This document shows positions 55,168 through 64,000 of a DNA stretch of 64,000 nucleotides, piece after piece. Made by a program: the position numbers and the translations under genes. Source of the DNA: Kiritimatiellia bacterium (lineage in GTDB: Bacteria > Verrucomicrobiota > Kiritimatiellia > RFP12 > UBA1067); NCBI GenBank assembly GCA_045599105.1, contig JAZRVL010000036.1, positions 10,778 through 74,777 of the forward strand, read 5' to 3'. Each line of letters starts with the position of its first letter. Position 1 is the first letter of the stretch. The notes beneath the pieces were generated by a model. That model ran no database searches. It was not told the DNA's origin and was given only the letters and a program-made list of their open reading frames with translations.

Positions 55168-56643
55168 TTATATGTTACTATAAAAGCTCATCTGATTACA
55201 AGTTTTAGAACGTTTATTTCGTAATACATCAAGTATCAAACCCAAAAAAAGCATCGCCCAAATATATCCACCCGTATACGAAAGCGAAAAAAACATAAAC
55301 TCCCCAAGATTCGCAAAAATAAACGCCCCAAAAATTGATGCGCCTATATAAGCTTTTTGCCGAATCATTTTAGTTTCCGTAGCAACAATAAACCAAAGAA
55401 AAAGTATCATTCCAATCACGCCTCCTTCCTCCAAAACTGCAGTAACCCACACTCCCTTTTCAACTGGCGCAGAAATAATGGAAAGAAAATTATCGGTTTC
55501 AATATGCGATACTCGTTCATCTACTTGAAACCCCATCCCCAATAATGGGCTCTTCTTAAATCCATACATTGCTTCATCAATAAGTCGTTGACGAGACATA
55601 ATAACCGTCTCAACATTCATCTCAACTGGAGCATCATCATTACTCCACTTTACGATAAAATGTTTTACTCCCCCGCGAAATTGCGGAATAATGAGCAATA
55701 ATATTGAAAATATAATTCCACAAATAAAAGCTAAATTTAGCACCCGCTTCTTCCAGCGAATTGATATCACCCGATCTTTGATGAACAACCTAAGAACTAT
55801 CATTATCCCAATAACTGCTGCTCCGAAGGCGGTTCGGCTTGATGTAAGGTAAATTAAATATATACTTCCTAAAATCAATACCATATATATTTTACTCCAC
55901 TTCCTAACACCTAACAAACAATCTCCAATCAGTAAGCAAAGTGTTGTCGCAACTACAGGACCTAAACATTGAGAATGTCGCGTCATCCCCTTAAATAGAC
56001 TTTTAACTTCAACTCCTGCCGCCAATTTATCCACATACTCATCCTCTCGCAATTGCGAGATTGATGGAAATGGAATTAATAAAATTGACCCAATAATATA
56101 AAATATAGCAATTGCTAGCATAATGCTACGCACTTTCCTCTCATCAAGCTTGTTACCGACAAGCAAGTTTGATGATGTTGAAAAATATGCAAAAAAGTAT
56201 ATCAGGAACAAAACCAACTTCATATATGAAATTAGCGCATTCCAACCGAATGCTGACGGCACAAACATATAAATTATGTAAATTAATAACGGCAAAAGTG
56301 CTTTAATCGACGGATTTGAACGACTCATTGAAATCGTCGATGCAATCGCAAAAAAAAGAAACATTATGCGCTGAAAGATATAAAAGAAAGGAGTAATTGA
56401 AATTAGATTCTTATTACCAATAATAATTACCGCAAGAAATATAAAATAAAAAAGCACATCGTTATGCCGCCTTTGCGACATTGCAATTATCATCAATGGT
56501 ATTATTAGCAACAAAGCATACCCCTGAGTATAGTGTGCCAAAAGGATGAGGACTGTCAAAACAATTATTCGAGAAACTAAATATTTTTTATCAAACATAT
56601 TTCTTCTCAACCACCAGTAAACATAAATCAACAACTTTGCCAA
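55168..56643 (-). CDS. O-antigen polymerase/ligase (Wzy-like) polytopic membrane protein
   Basis: More than 10 predicted TM segments and a Wzy_C-like loop (TSSRTAFGAAVIG). ATG 56598 (MFDKKYL) is an alternative start with less overlap. Confidence 0.7.
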   Translation of the reverse strand: MAKLLIYVYWWLRRNMFDKKYLVSRIIVLTVLILLAHYTQGYALLLIIPLMIIAMSQRRHNDVLFYFIFLAVIIIGNKNLISITPFFYIFQRIMFLFFAIASTISMSRSNPSIKALLPLLIYIIYMFVPSAFGWNALISYMKLVLFLIYFFAYFSTSSNLLVGNKLDERKVRSIMLAIAIFYIIGSILLIPFPSISQLREDEYVDKLAAGVEVKSLFKGMTRHSQCLGPVVATTLCLLIGDCLLGVRKWSKIYMVLILGSIYLIYLTSSRTAFGAAVIGIMIVLRLFIKDRVISIRWKKRVLNLAFICGIIFSILLLIIPQFRGGVKHFIVKWSNDDAPVEMNVETVIMSRQRLIDEAMYGFKKSPLLGMGFQVDERVSHIETDNFLSIISAPVEKGVWVTAVLEEGGVIGMILFLWFIVATETKMIRQKAYIGASIFGAFIFANLGEFMFFSLSYTGGYIWAMLFLGLILDVLRNKRSKTCNQMSFYSNI

Positions 56644-57301
56644 TTATCCGTTTTGCTTTGTGAAATAAATATCCAACTAACCCCAATCGTTTAACATCAA
56701 AACACCCATCATCTACCGTCCCACTCATATACTGATTTTGATTTTGAGAGCAAACCGTTGGATACGCATGATATAATTGGATCAGGCCTAATCGAACCCA
56801 TCTACCCCAATGATCGCACGGCGTTTGCATTGGCCAATTTGCCTTTAATAGTGCCTTTGCTGCAACAGGTGTTAAAACATATCCCTCGGTATACATATCC
56901 GAGCGTGTCCTAACTATTCCCATACCACATTCTTTTGTATGATTACTGAGGAGAACAACTTGCGGTTTTTGGGGATCGATCCAATTCTCCACCATCTGTA
57001 ATACTTCTAAAAATTTACTATCTAAAATAACATCATCTTCAAGAACACAAATCGGTTCAACTATCTTACGGTATATTCCATAATGACTCATCGCGCACCC
57101 TATCTCGCCTATCATTACTGGCCTACCAATTGCACACCACCACCTAAAACGATTTATCGCAGAAGACAATATTTTCTTAGACAACTCTTTTGCATAAGTC
57201 GCAGACACCCTCTCATACAAAACGCCCAAACGCTTAAGTTGCGCATCAGCCGCAAGTAGCCGCTCGCGATCCTTATCTAAATTAATAAGATAAACTTTCA
57301 T
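56591..57301 (-). CDS. GT25-family glycosyltransferase (LOS/LPS type)
   Basis: MKVYLINLDKDRERL start, GEIGCAMSH and EDDV motifs. Confidence 0.8.
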   Translation of the reverse strand: MKVYLINLDKDRERLLAADAQLKRLGVLYERVSATYAKELSKKILSSAINRFRWWCAIGRPVMIGEIGCAMSHYGIYRKIVEPICVLEDDVILDSKFLEVLQMVENWIDPQKPQVVLLSNHTKECGMGIVRTRSDMYTEGYVLTPVAAKALLKANWPMQTPCDHWGRWVRLGLIQLYHAYPTVCSQNQNQYMSGTVDDGCFDVKRLGLVGYLFHKAKRIIGKVVDLCLLVVEKKYV

Positions 57302-58167
57302 CTTGCATCACTCTCTAAATGTGTAGGTCCAAGCCACCAAGGACATCTATGGCTATAGCTATGAGATGGCACTTGTTTTTCAATAGGCGGCATCTTCATG
57401 TAATCTCCATACTGAACAGTCAAATATTCTCGCCATCCCTTGGGTAGTGGCACCAGTAGTTCATCAAACTCAACCATTTCTGTCCCGCGCCAAATATCAA
57501 CTGAAAATATCCACCGCATTCGAACGACCGCCCCAGTGCGCCATGTCAATCTTGTAGATCCAAATGGGACAGATTTGATTAATCGATCCATTCGTTTTCT
57601 TAAAACATCAATCGTGAGCCACGGTGCAAAAACCGATAAAATCCTGCCCAATAGCCAAAGATAACGGCCTTTTTTTGTCTCTTCTGAATATTTACGCAAT
57701 TTAGATCTAAACATTGCCTCATATAATGACAACTTTCGAGTGAATATAAATTGACTAAGTTTACTTTCCGGGCATCCATCTATAACCAATATATCAATAT
57801 ATAATCCATTCGATAGCTCAAAGCCTACTCTTTCCTCCACATCTCGAACAACATTTTCACGTGTCTCTTGGATCTTCCCAAAAGCAAGCGGAAGTTCCGG
57901 TGTATTATTCCAGTCAACAAACTTTAGATACGAAGGTAATTCTTTCTTGCAAATACTTATAAATTTCTCATAATCTGGGCGTGGCATTGCAACATCTAAA
58001 TCATCGTCCCAGGGGATAAATCCATTGTGCCTAACAGCGCCAATCATATTCCCTTCCATCATAAAATATTGAAGATTATGACGTTTACAAATTTTCGCAA
58101 ACTCTTTATAAATGGAAAGCAACGAATCCCACAACGGGCGCATACCAAATCTATCTTCCGATTTCAT
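57298..58167 (-). CDS. licD: LicD-family phosphotransferase (phosphocholine/phospho-alcohol transfer to glycans)
   Basis: GNMIGAVRHNGFIPWDDDLDVAMPRPDY motif. Confidence 0.85.
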   Translation of the reverse strand: MKSEDRFGMRPLWDSLLSIYKEFAKICKRHNLQYFMMEGNMIGAVRHNGFIPWDDDLDVAMPRPDYEKFISICKKELPSYLKFVDWNNTPELPLAFGKIQETRENVVRDVEERVGFELSNGLYIDILVIDGCPESKLSQFIFTRKLSLYEAMFRSKLRKYSEETKKGRYLWLLGRILSVFAPWLTIDVLRKRMDRLIKSVPFGSTRLTWRTGAVVRMRWIFSVDIWRGTEMVEFDELLVPLPKGWREYLTVQYGDYMKMPPIEKQVPSHSYSHRCPWWLGPTHLESDAR

Positions 58168-58170
58168 AAA

Positions 58171-59241
58171 TTATCTTCCTCCAAATAATATGACATTACC
58201 CCCCCCCTTATCAAATTTTCGTATTGTTAAGGCAATTCCAACCGAAGCAATTGAAACAATAATAAAACATAGTAACTCGCCTACGATACTATCCCCTGGA
58301 TCAAAAAATATTTTTACATTCCCAGTAATAAAATTATCAATCAAGAAAAAATAAATAAACACAATATTCAAGTGAATCACATAAATGGGAAACGACAAGC
58401 CAACTAAATATTTGCAAATAGGCTTTTCGGGTATCAAAAGCAAGCATCCATACATCGTTAACGGGATTGCCAATAGAACTAATACTGGCGATAAAACTGG
58501 ACAAATAATACGGAGCCCTAATGCAGACAGACCAGCGATTGTCATCAATAAAATTCCTAATGTCTTAGATCCTTTAATATTAACCACACCTTTTTTGCGT
58601 AGCCAAATTCCAAAAGAAAAATACACCAATCCTTCTGCCGAAATCAATCCATAATTTAGAAACTCAGAAATATGTTCGCCGCAAACAACACCCGAATATG
58701 GTTTAATAAACAAATAAACTACGAACAAGACAATTAAACATATACCACGTGAAAGGAATTTAACAAATATTGGCAACACAAGCATATAAACCAACAAAAC
58801 TCGAACAAACCATAGCTGCCGCGCTTCCGGGACGGAAAACAAGTTAAATCCATACACCTTCATCGTTCGCCCCCAAGAACAAACATTACAAAAAATCGGC
58901 TCATTCAAAAGAATATTTGAGGTAATCATTAAGATTGAAACAACCAAAAATGTAATCGTACACCAAATAATATACGGGACTAATAATGAACCCACCCTTT
59001 TTCGCACTTCCTTCCACCAGTAGCCTGCCTCATCCACATGTCTCGCGACGAAATAACCAGCGGCCAAAAAGAAAAACGGAACTGCTATGCGGCACAACCC
59101 CTCCCCTATTGCGACTCTAAATAACGCCGCCATTGATCCAGCCGTTTGATCACGTTTCAATACATGAATCATAACCACCATGAAAGCGGAAACTATGCTC
59201 ATGTTGGCAAACTTTTCTGATATATTACGCATACGAATCAA
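58171..59241 (-). CDS. Acyltransferase family 3 (membrane O-acyltransferase)
   Basis: 356 aa polytopic protein with a typical N-terminal SAFMVVMIHV segment. Confidence 0.8.
   Translation of the reverse strand: MIRMRNISEKFANMSIVSAFMVVMIHVLKRDQTAGSMAALFRVAIGEGLCRIAVPFFFLAAGYFVARHVDEAGYWWKEVRKRVGSLLVPYIIWCTITFLVVSILMITSNILLNEPIFCNVCSWGRTMKVYGFNLFSVPEARQLWFVRVLLVYMLVLPIFVKFLSRGICLIVLFVVYLFIKPYSGVVCGEHISEFLNYGLISAEGLVYFSFGIWLRKKGVVNIKGSKTLGILLMTIAGLSALGLRIICPVLSPVLVLLAIPLTMYGCLLLIPEKPICKYLVGLSFPIYVIHLNIVFIYFFLIDNFITGNVKIFFDPGDSIVGELLCFIIVSIASVGIALTIRKFDKGGGNVILFGGR
58199..58207 (-). repeat. Homopolymeric G9 tract (C9 on plus strand)
   Basis: Nine consecutive C at 58199-58207. It lies in the last 12 codons of the acyltransferase gene and ~30 nt upstream of the licD start. 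Confidence 0.9.
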
Positions 59242-59270
59242 ACAAATTATACACTTTTAATGAACCATTA

Positions 59271-60248
59271 TCAACTTGATCTAAGTTGTGGCAATAAATG
59301 TCCTGTTCTCAAAAAATGCCCGAATCCTGAAAGTTCATAATGAATACGAAGACGACCATTATCTGGTAAATGCATTCGCGGTAAAAAATGCCTTGAAAAT
59401 CCTATATTTGATGATAATACATTTGATACGCCATAGGGAAAACCAAGCAACTTAACTATCGCAACTGCCCTTTCATCAACCCACCCATCCGCACCATATG
59501 GATATGAAATACACTCATTAATATATTGCTTTCCTAAAATAAGTTCTTCGAGAATCTGATTACCAGAAAGCCATGCTAACGGATAGTGGCTCATGGCATG
59601 CCACCCAATCTTCCAACCATGTTTTTGCATCTCACCGAATTGCGCTTCATTAATTGGATCAAACCTAAGATGACGATGTCTTTCTGATAATTGCCCAAAC
59701 ACTTTCTTAAATGGATACATCTTTTCACATGCCTCAAGCGCAGCACTTCCTCGTCCGATGGCATCTTCAAGATAAGTCGGCCAAATCACCTTATTCCAGT
59801 AATCTTCTTTTGAAATCCCATCCTTCAGCATCTGCGGCGCATAAATTTTCCAATATCGTAATTTATCAATCACAAGCGGATAATTTGATTTTCCATTAAC
59901 AAACACATACCCAGTTGCTGCCGCTTCCCTCCATAAAATTTCATATATTATCTCATATTGATTACTGTACCCGTCATCAAAAGTTAAAGTAGCGGTCGTA
60001 GTATCTTCTAAATCTGTGGATATAGCGAATACCCTTTTAACCTCAGCAATAACTCTTTTCAATGCGCTAACAGAAATTGAACCTGACGTTCGTTCTTTCG
60101 CCATGATCTCATCTGGTAAAACATTGTGAAAAACAATAATTCGTTTTGCTTTACGATTTAGCCAATAAAAAACAGCAAAAAGTCCTAAATGATATCCAAA
60201 AAAAACTACCCCTTTCATTGTCAAAGATCGCAATAATCTCATTGCCAT
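59271..60248 (-). CDS. Polysaccharide deacetylase family protein
   Basis: TLTFDDGYSNQY NodB motif. ATG 60248 (MAMRLL) behind AAGGGAG is preferred over track start 60386, which overlaps the upstream gene by 125 nt. Confidence 0.75.
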   Translation of the reverse strand: MAMRLLRSLTMKGVVFFGYHLGLFAVFYWLNRKAKRIIVFHNVLPDEIMAKERTSGSISVSALKRVIAEVKRVFAISTDLEDTTTATLTFDDGYSNQYEIIYEILWREAAATGYVFVNGKSNYPLVIDKLRYWKIYAPQMLKDGISKEDYWNKVIWPTYLEDAIGRGSAALEACEKMYPFKKVFGQLSERHRHLRFDPINEAQFGEMQKHGWKIGWHAMSHYPLAWLSGNQILEELILGKQYINECISYPYGADGWVDERAVAIVKLLGFPYGVSNVLSSNIGFSRHFLPRMHLPDNGRLRIHYELSGFGHFLRTGHLLPQLRSS

Positions 60249-60261
60249 ATACTCCCTTATT

Positions 60262-61437
60262 TTAAACAATAAAATCGGACAATTCTCGCCTAACAAGCTG
60301 CATATTTGCGTTGTCTTCAAACTGTTTATAAATTCCAATATTGCGAATTGAAATATCAGGATTAAATTTAGTTCTCGGACGAACATGCCACTCAGGAATT
60401 AAGCCACAGAATTTTTCAATAGCTTCAACTGATTCATCGTACCTGCACACAACATCCTCAAATCTCATCATCATGAAATCTGGATGATTAACCATCATAC
60501 TTGGCATATGATTATCTCTATACCAACGAACAAAATCTTCACCATTCTCTGGAATCCAATCAATATCTGGATGTAATAATTTCATCGCCAAGACATCACG
60601 CGGATCACGATACACATTAATCAACTTAATTTTACCAAGATAATCTTCATATCGTTCCATATTGCCAGAATAATCACTCACCGCTTGATCAAGAACTAAG
60701 AACTTTTCGGTCGGCAATGATTTAAAAATATCTAAAAGATATTCCTGCGCAATTTGTCGATATTCATATATTGATAAGTTCTTTAAATAATAGACGTAAT
60801 TTGAAGCATTACTATCACCTTGCTCTGACCAAATAAGCTTTTCACCTAATCGGCCAAGCCCTGCATAATTTGGACAAAACCCATAAATACCGCAAGATGG
60901 AGCCTTAAAGGATATCAATCTTTCCAAGAAACGCTTAGTCTGCTGTAAAAACTCCCCTCCATATAATGATTTCTCGTTGATATACAAATATTTAATTTGA
61001 GATAAAAATAAGCGAATCGCTGCATCTCGAATATAAATATTAGTTGTTTCAAATGCACGTTCAAGATCAAAAAGACCTCCAGCGCAACGAATTAAATCGA
61101 ACTCAGGACAAAATCTACACTCATTTGATCCTGCTATCGGAAATGAAACTGTTACATTATCATATTCCTTCAAAAGATCAAGCACTGCACCACTTCCGCT
61201 CCACCCAAATCCCCCTAAGCATATGATTCTTTCAAAATGATTAGCACTATGCGAATAAGGCGCTTTCGGATAGCGAGACATAAGGAGCGAACAGTCGACA
61301 TCAATTATCCCTCGTCTGTTTAACTTCTTATACAAAGATCTTAGAATCGCGAATGCAACCTTGTCCATTAACGAAAGTGGGGGCAAGCTACGATATCTAC
61401 TAATAATTTTATCTATCACAGACAACCCTCCCTGCAT
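60262..61437 (-). CDS. Uncharacterised protein, sulfotransferase-like (tentative)
   Basis: GGFGWSGSGAVLDLL (P-loop/5'-PSB-like) and NVYRDPRDVL (RDPxD, 3'-PB-like). No firm family assignment is possible without a search. Confidence 0.4.
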   Translation of the reverse strand: MQGGLSVIDKIISRYRSLPPLSLMDKVAFAILRSLYKKLNRRGIIDVDCSLLMSRYPKAPYSHSANHFERIICLGGFGWSGSGAVLDLLKEYDNVTVSFPIAGSNECRFCPEFDLIRCAGGLFDLERAFETTNIYIRDAAIRLFLSQIKYLYINEKSLYGGEFLQQTKRFLERLISFKAPSCGIYGFCPNYAGLGRLGEKLIWSEQGDSNASNYVYYLKNLSIYEYRQIAQEYLLDIFKSLPTEKFLVLDQAVSDYSGNMERYEDYLGKIKLINVYRDPRDVLAMKLLHPDIDWIPENGEDFVRWYRDNHMPSMMVNHPDFMMMRFEDVVCRYDESVEAIEKFCGLIPEWHVRPRTKFNPDISIRNIGIYKQFEDNANMQLVRRELSDFIV

Positions 61438-62426
61438 TAGCGATGAAATCCTAACGATTTAATACGATTCGGCAAACAACACAGTAAATATGTTATGAAA
61501 TAATACGGCAAAAAAGATATTATTTTTGCACGAGCAGATTGAAACCCTCGAATTTGTTTACTGCTACTAATCTTTAATACACTATCCAGCCAACGCTTAT
61601 ATTCATCTTTTCTTTCATTAGCATCTTTAACTTGTTGCAATTCACACATCAAAACTTCCATGAATTTATTCAATTGCGATCTGAGAAGATCAGGCGAAAT
61701 CTTGTAGTTATTATGCTCATCTATAGTTTCAACAAAATGTTGCAATGCTACTGTGTGTGCAGCAATTTTCTTTGCGGTCATAGGAGACCGCATTGTTGAC
61801 CCTATTCTCAATCGAACACCACTAATTGCACGATCAATTTGAACTATTGAATTAGTCTTAAACATGCAATCAAGAAGATAATATCGATCCTGCCCTCTCA
61901 CAAGTTGTGGAAATCGCAACGACCCATAAACTGAACGTCGATACGCCCGCGTACAAAATCCTGTTCCATACATCCAGGAATCGACAATACATGCAACTTC
62001 TCGGAAATTCATCCTCATCCCATCCAAACCTTTTCCCCATGAACAAACACCCTCTTGAGGAAAACTAACTTCATGGAACATAAGCATATCAACTTTTGGA
62101 TATTGTTCCAAAACTTTTTCACACATCTCACATGTACATGGAGCCGATAAATCATCGCCATCAACAAATAAAAACCAATCGCCAGTCATAACCGAAAGTG
62201 CGGCATTTCGCGCAGCACCAACTCCGCTGTTTGGTTGATGTATTACCTTAAAACGCGAATCTTTCGCCGCATATTGATCCAATATCTCTCCTAACCCATC
62301 GGGAGAACCATCATCCACGCAAATGCATTCCCAATTTTGATATGTCTGCGCAAGGATAGATTCTAAACAAGCAGCAGTATATGGTTTAACATTATAAAAT
62401 GGAATAATATAGCTATATTTATTCAT
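61437..62426 (-). CDS. GT2-family glycosyltransferase
   Basis: YSYIIPFYN, CVDDGSPDG and FVDGDD motifs. Confidence 0.85.
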   Translation of the reverse strand: MNKYSYIIPFYNVKPYTAACLESILAQTYQNWECICVDDGSPDGLGEILDQYAAKDSRFKVIHQPNSGVGAARNAALSVMTGDWFLFVDGDDLSAPCTCEMCEKVLEQYPKVDMLMFHEVSFPQEGVCSWGKGLDGMRMNFREVACIVDSWMYGTGFCTRAYRRSVYGSLRFPQLVRGQDRYYLLDCMFKTNSIVQIDRAISGVRLRIGSTMRSPMTAKKIAAHTVALQHFVETIDEHNNYKISPDLLRSQLNKFMEVLMCELQQVKDANERKDEYKRWLDSVLKISSSKQIRGFQSARAKIISFLPYYFITYLLCCLPNRIKSLGFHR

Positions 62427-63360
62427 GGCGCTTACCTAATTCTCCCTGGATGAAATTGTGAAACTGTAAATATTGTACAAATGATTGCCAAACTCCGCTT
62501 ATAATAATAAAACTTTTGCGCCATCGAAATCTCAACCCCAATTTAATCGCATTAGAACATTGGTGTAACGCAAATCTTGTCCAAGGTTTAAAGCCACAAT
62601 AATATCTAGTAGTAATTCCAGAATTTCTTATATGATACAAATATAATTTAACTCGATTCAAATTAGTTTCTGTGGCCAAACAAAGCTCATTTCCGCCTTT
62701 CCGTTTGTGAATTGCCACGCTTCCGCCAACCATGTATGCCTTATCACAATACCGCGTAAGTCTTGTAGTATACTCACTATCATCTCCCCATATAAAGAAA
62801 TCCTTACACGGAAGGCCGCATTTTTCAATCGCCCTTTTGCTGATCAATAACGAAACAAATGTCGCTTCCTTTACGGCGACTAACCCTTCTTTTAAATATT
62901 GATACCACTCAACATAACCATTTGCGCCTTCCCTCGTATCAACAGTCGGCACATTCATATATTCACCATTTAATCCATATACTGAGCTCGCTAAAAAAGA
63001 ATATTGCCCTTTAAGAATCGACTCGGCCTTAAGCAACTCTTCGAGGCATGTGGTGGATGGCATGGTATCATCATCCATAATCCAGACGCCATCATATTCA
63101 CCAATCTCTTTCGCTCTCGACATTCCAGCATAAAATCCACCGGCACCACCCACATTTTTAGGTAAATTCAAAATCTCTATTTTTAAATTATCCACAAAAC
63201 CACGCTCTGCTAATAAATCAAGCGTTCCATCTGTGCTCGCATTGTTTACAACAATAACTTTGGATACTGGACGACTTTGACTTAGAATTGCGTCTAAACA
63301 TTCACATAGTAGTTCCTTACGATTATATGTAACTACAACCGAAATAATATTAGCGTCCAT
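62419..63360 (-). CDS. GT2-family glycosyltransferase (rhamnosyltransferase-like)
   Basis: ISVVVTYNRKELL, VNNASTDGT and IMDDDT. ATG 63360 is preferred; the track's 64-codon N-terminal extension overlaps the upstream gene. Confidence 0.82.
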   Translation of the reverse strand: MDANIISVVVTYNRKELLCECLDAILSQSRPVSKVIVVNNASTDGTLDLLAERGFVDNLKIEILNLPKNVGGAGGFYAGMSRAKEIGEYDGVWIMDDDTMPSTTCLEELLKAESILKGQYSFLASSVYGLNGEYMNVPTVDTREGANGYVEWYQYLKEGLVAVKEATFVSLLISKRAIEKCGLPCKDFFIWGDDSEYTTRLTRYCDKAYMVGGSVAIHKRKGGNELCLATETNLNRVKLYLYHIRNSGITTRYYCGFKPWTRFALHQCSNAIKLGLRFRWRKSFIIISGVWQSFVQYLQFHNFIQGELGKRHE

Positions 63361-64000
63361 TATACACCTCCTGATAGATCTCGGCCACTTTTTGTGCGTT
63401 AATTTGAAGCGTTTTAGTGCGAAGCATTTCTTCTTGCCCCGCTTTTGCCATGCGGCGAACTTCTTCTTGATGTTCGACAGCAAAACGCATCTTTTTAACC
63501 AGATCTGGGCATTCTCCTTCTTGAAAATCAAAAAGCAATCCCGTTTCGCCATGGCGTATCAATTCCGGCGTAGCGGCAGCCCTTGCGCCAATAACACAAC
63601 ATCCTGCAAGCATCGCCTCAACAGTTACAAGCCCAAATGCCTCTGCACGACAACATGTGAAAGCAATATCGGACTGCTCTTGATATTTAATTGGCTCCTT
63701 CTGAAACCCCATAAATGTTACAACATTATTTATTTCTGCCTCATCAAAATAATGGTGCAAATTTTCTTCCAATCCTCCACCAACAAACCATATACGAAAA
63801 TTTTGTACCCCATCTTGATAAAGTTTTACACACGCTTTAGCAAGCTCATCATACCCTTTATAGAGGCGATAACTTCCAACTGAAATAAATGTTACAATCT
63901 TATCTTTACATATAACATGATTTGGCCGATAAAATCGTTCAACATCGACTCCATCATGTATCACATTTACATTATTACAATTTAATTTGTTATCATATTT
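63350..64000 (-). CDS. GT4-family glycosyltransferase, C-terminal part (5' end beyond right edge)
   Basis: CRAEAFGLVTVEAMLAGCCVIGA (E-x7-E region). The frame stays open to the window edge. Confidence 0.75.
   Translation of the reverse strand, partial: KYDNKLNCNNVNVIHDGVDVERFYRPNHVICKDKIVTFISVGSYRLYKGYDELAKACVKLYQDGVQNFRIWFVGGGLEENLHHYFDEAEINNVVTFMGFQKEPIKYQEQSDIAFTCCRAEAFGLVTVEAMLAGCCVIGARAAATPELIRHGETGLLFDFQEGECPDLVKKMRFAVEHQEEVRRMAKAGQEEMLRTKTLQINAQKVAEIYQEVYNGR

Noticed and set aside
62419-63552. Long Lys-rich N-terminal extension of the GT2 gene
   Set aside because: The extension overlaps the upstream GT4 gene by 200 nt. The conserved GT2 N-terminus (ISVVVTYNR) begins right after ATG 63360.

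Overview
This is a 64-kb chromosomal segment from an anaerobic, diderm-type bacterium. It carries Pal, TatAC and O-antigen-type genes plus PFL, Hcp and rubredoxin. The lineage cannot be assigned from the sequence alone. I count about 70 genes, and all but two (a ydcF-like gene and an IS256-family transposase) are on the minus strand.

Layout:
- 1-3.1 kb: a low-GC type II R-M operon (nuclease, beta-class MTase, then a Dam-like MTase running off the left edge). It is followed by a ~280-nt structured non-coding stretch with its own extended -10 and terminator, then an HU-like DNA-binding gene behind four TTAGCTAA palindromes spaced exactly 21 bp apart.
- 3.1-11.1 kb: an anaerobic stress and fermentation block. 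It holds an internally deleted lipocalin, a rubredoxin missing from the ORF track, hcp, an Orn/Lys/Arg decarboxylase, a Crp/Fnr regulator, pflA and pflB. Palindromic operator candidates sit in front of hcp and pflB.
- 11-38.8 kb: housekeeping genes (ribE, ribD, nusB, a GH13+GH133 fusion, holB, tmk, gltA, mrp, gdhA, pcnB, rnr, trkH, tatAC, pal, folB, tsaB, prfB). An ACP-FkbH / KAS III / GT4 cassette is embedded among them.
- 38.8-64 kb: a mosaic glycan locus with ten glycosyltransferases, a CapD-like dehydratase, a PglC-like initiating transferase, a Wzy-like protein, LicD, O-acyl and acetyl transferases, two deacetylases, a methyltransferase and a sulfotransferase-like protein. It is interrupted by three AAA+ ATPase genes (one decayed), a four-helix-bundle gene, an IS256-family element, duplicated promoter cassettes and two inverted-repeat-flanked ~200-bp elements.

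Recurring sequence-level themes:
- TGnTATAAT promoters lie 7-13 nt from start codons, which suggests leaderless or near-leaderless mRNAs.
- Tandem GAGGTN (Shine-Dalgarno-like) hexamer tracts occur at eight sites, three of them in-frame inside genes.

No rRNA, tRNA or CRISPR array was found. I found no single clear-cut new system. The most promising candidates are the ACP-FkbH / KAS III cassette, the ATPase, promoter-cassette and IR-element complex, the phased TTAGCTAA array and the hexamer tracts.
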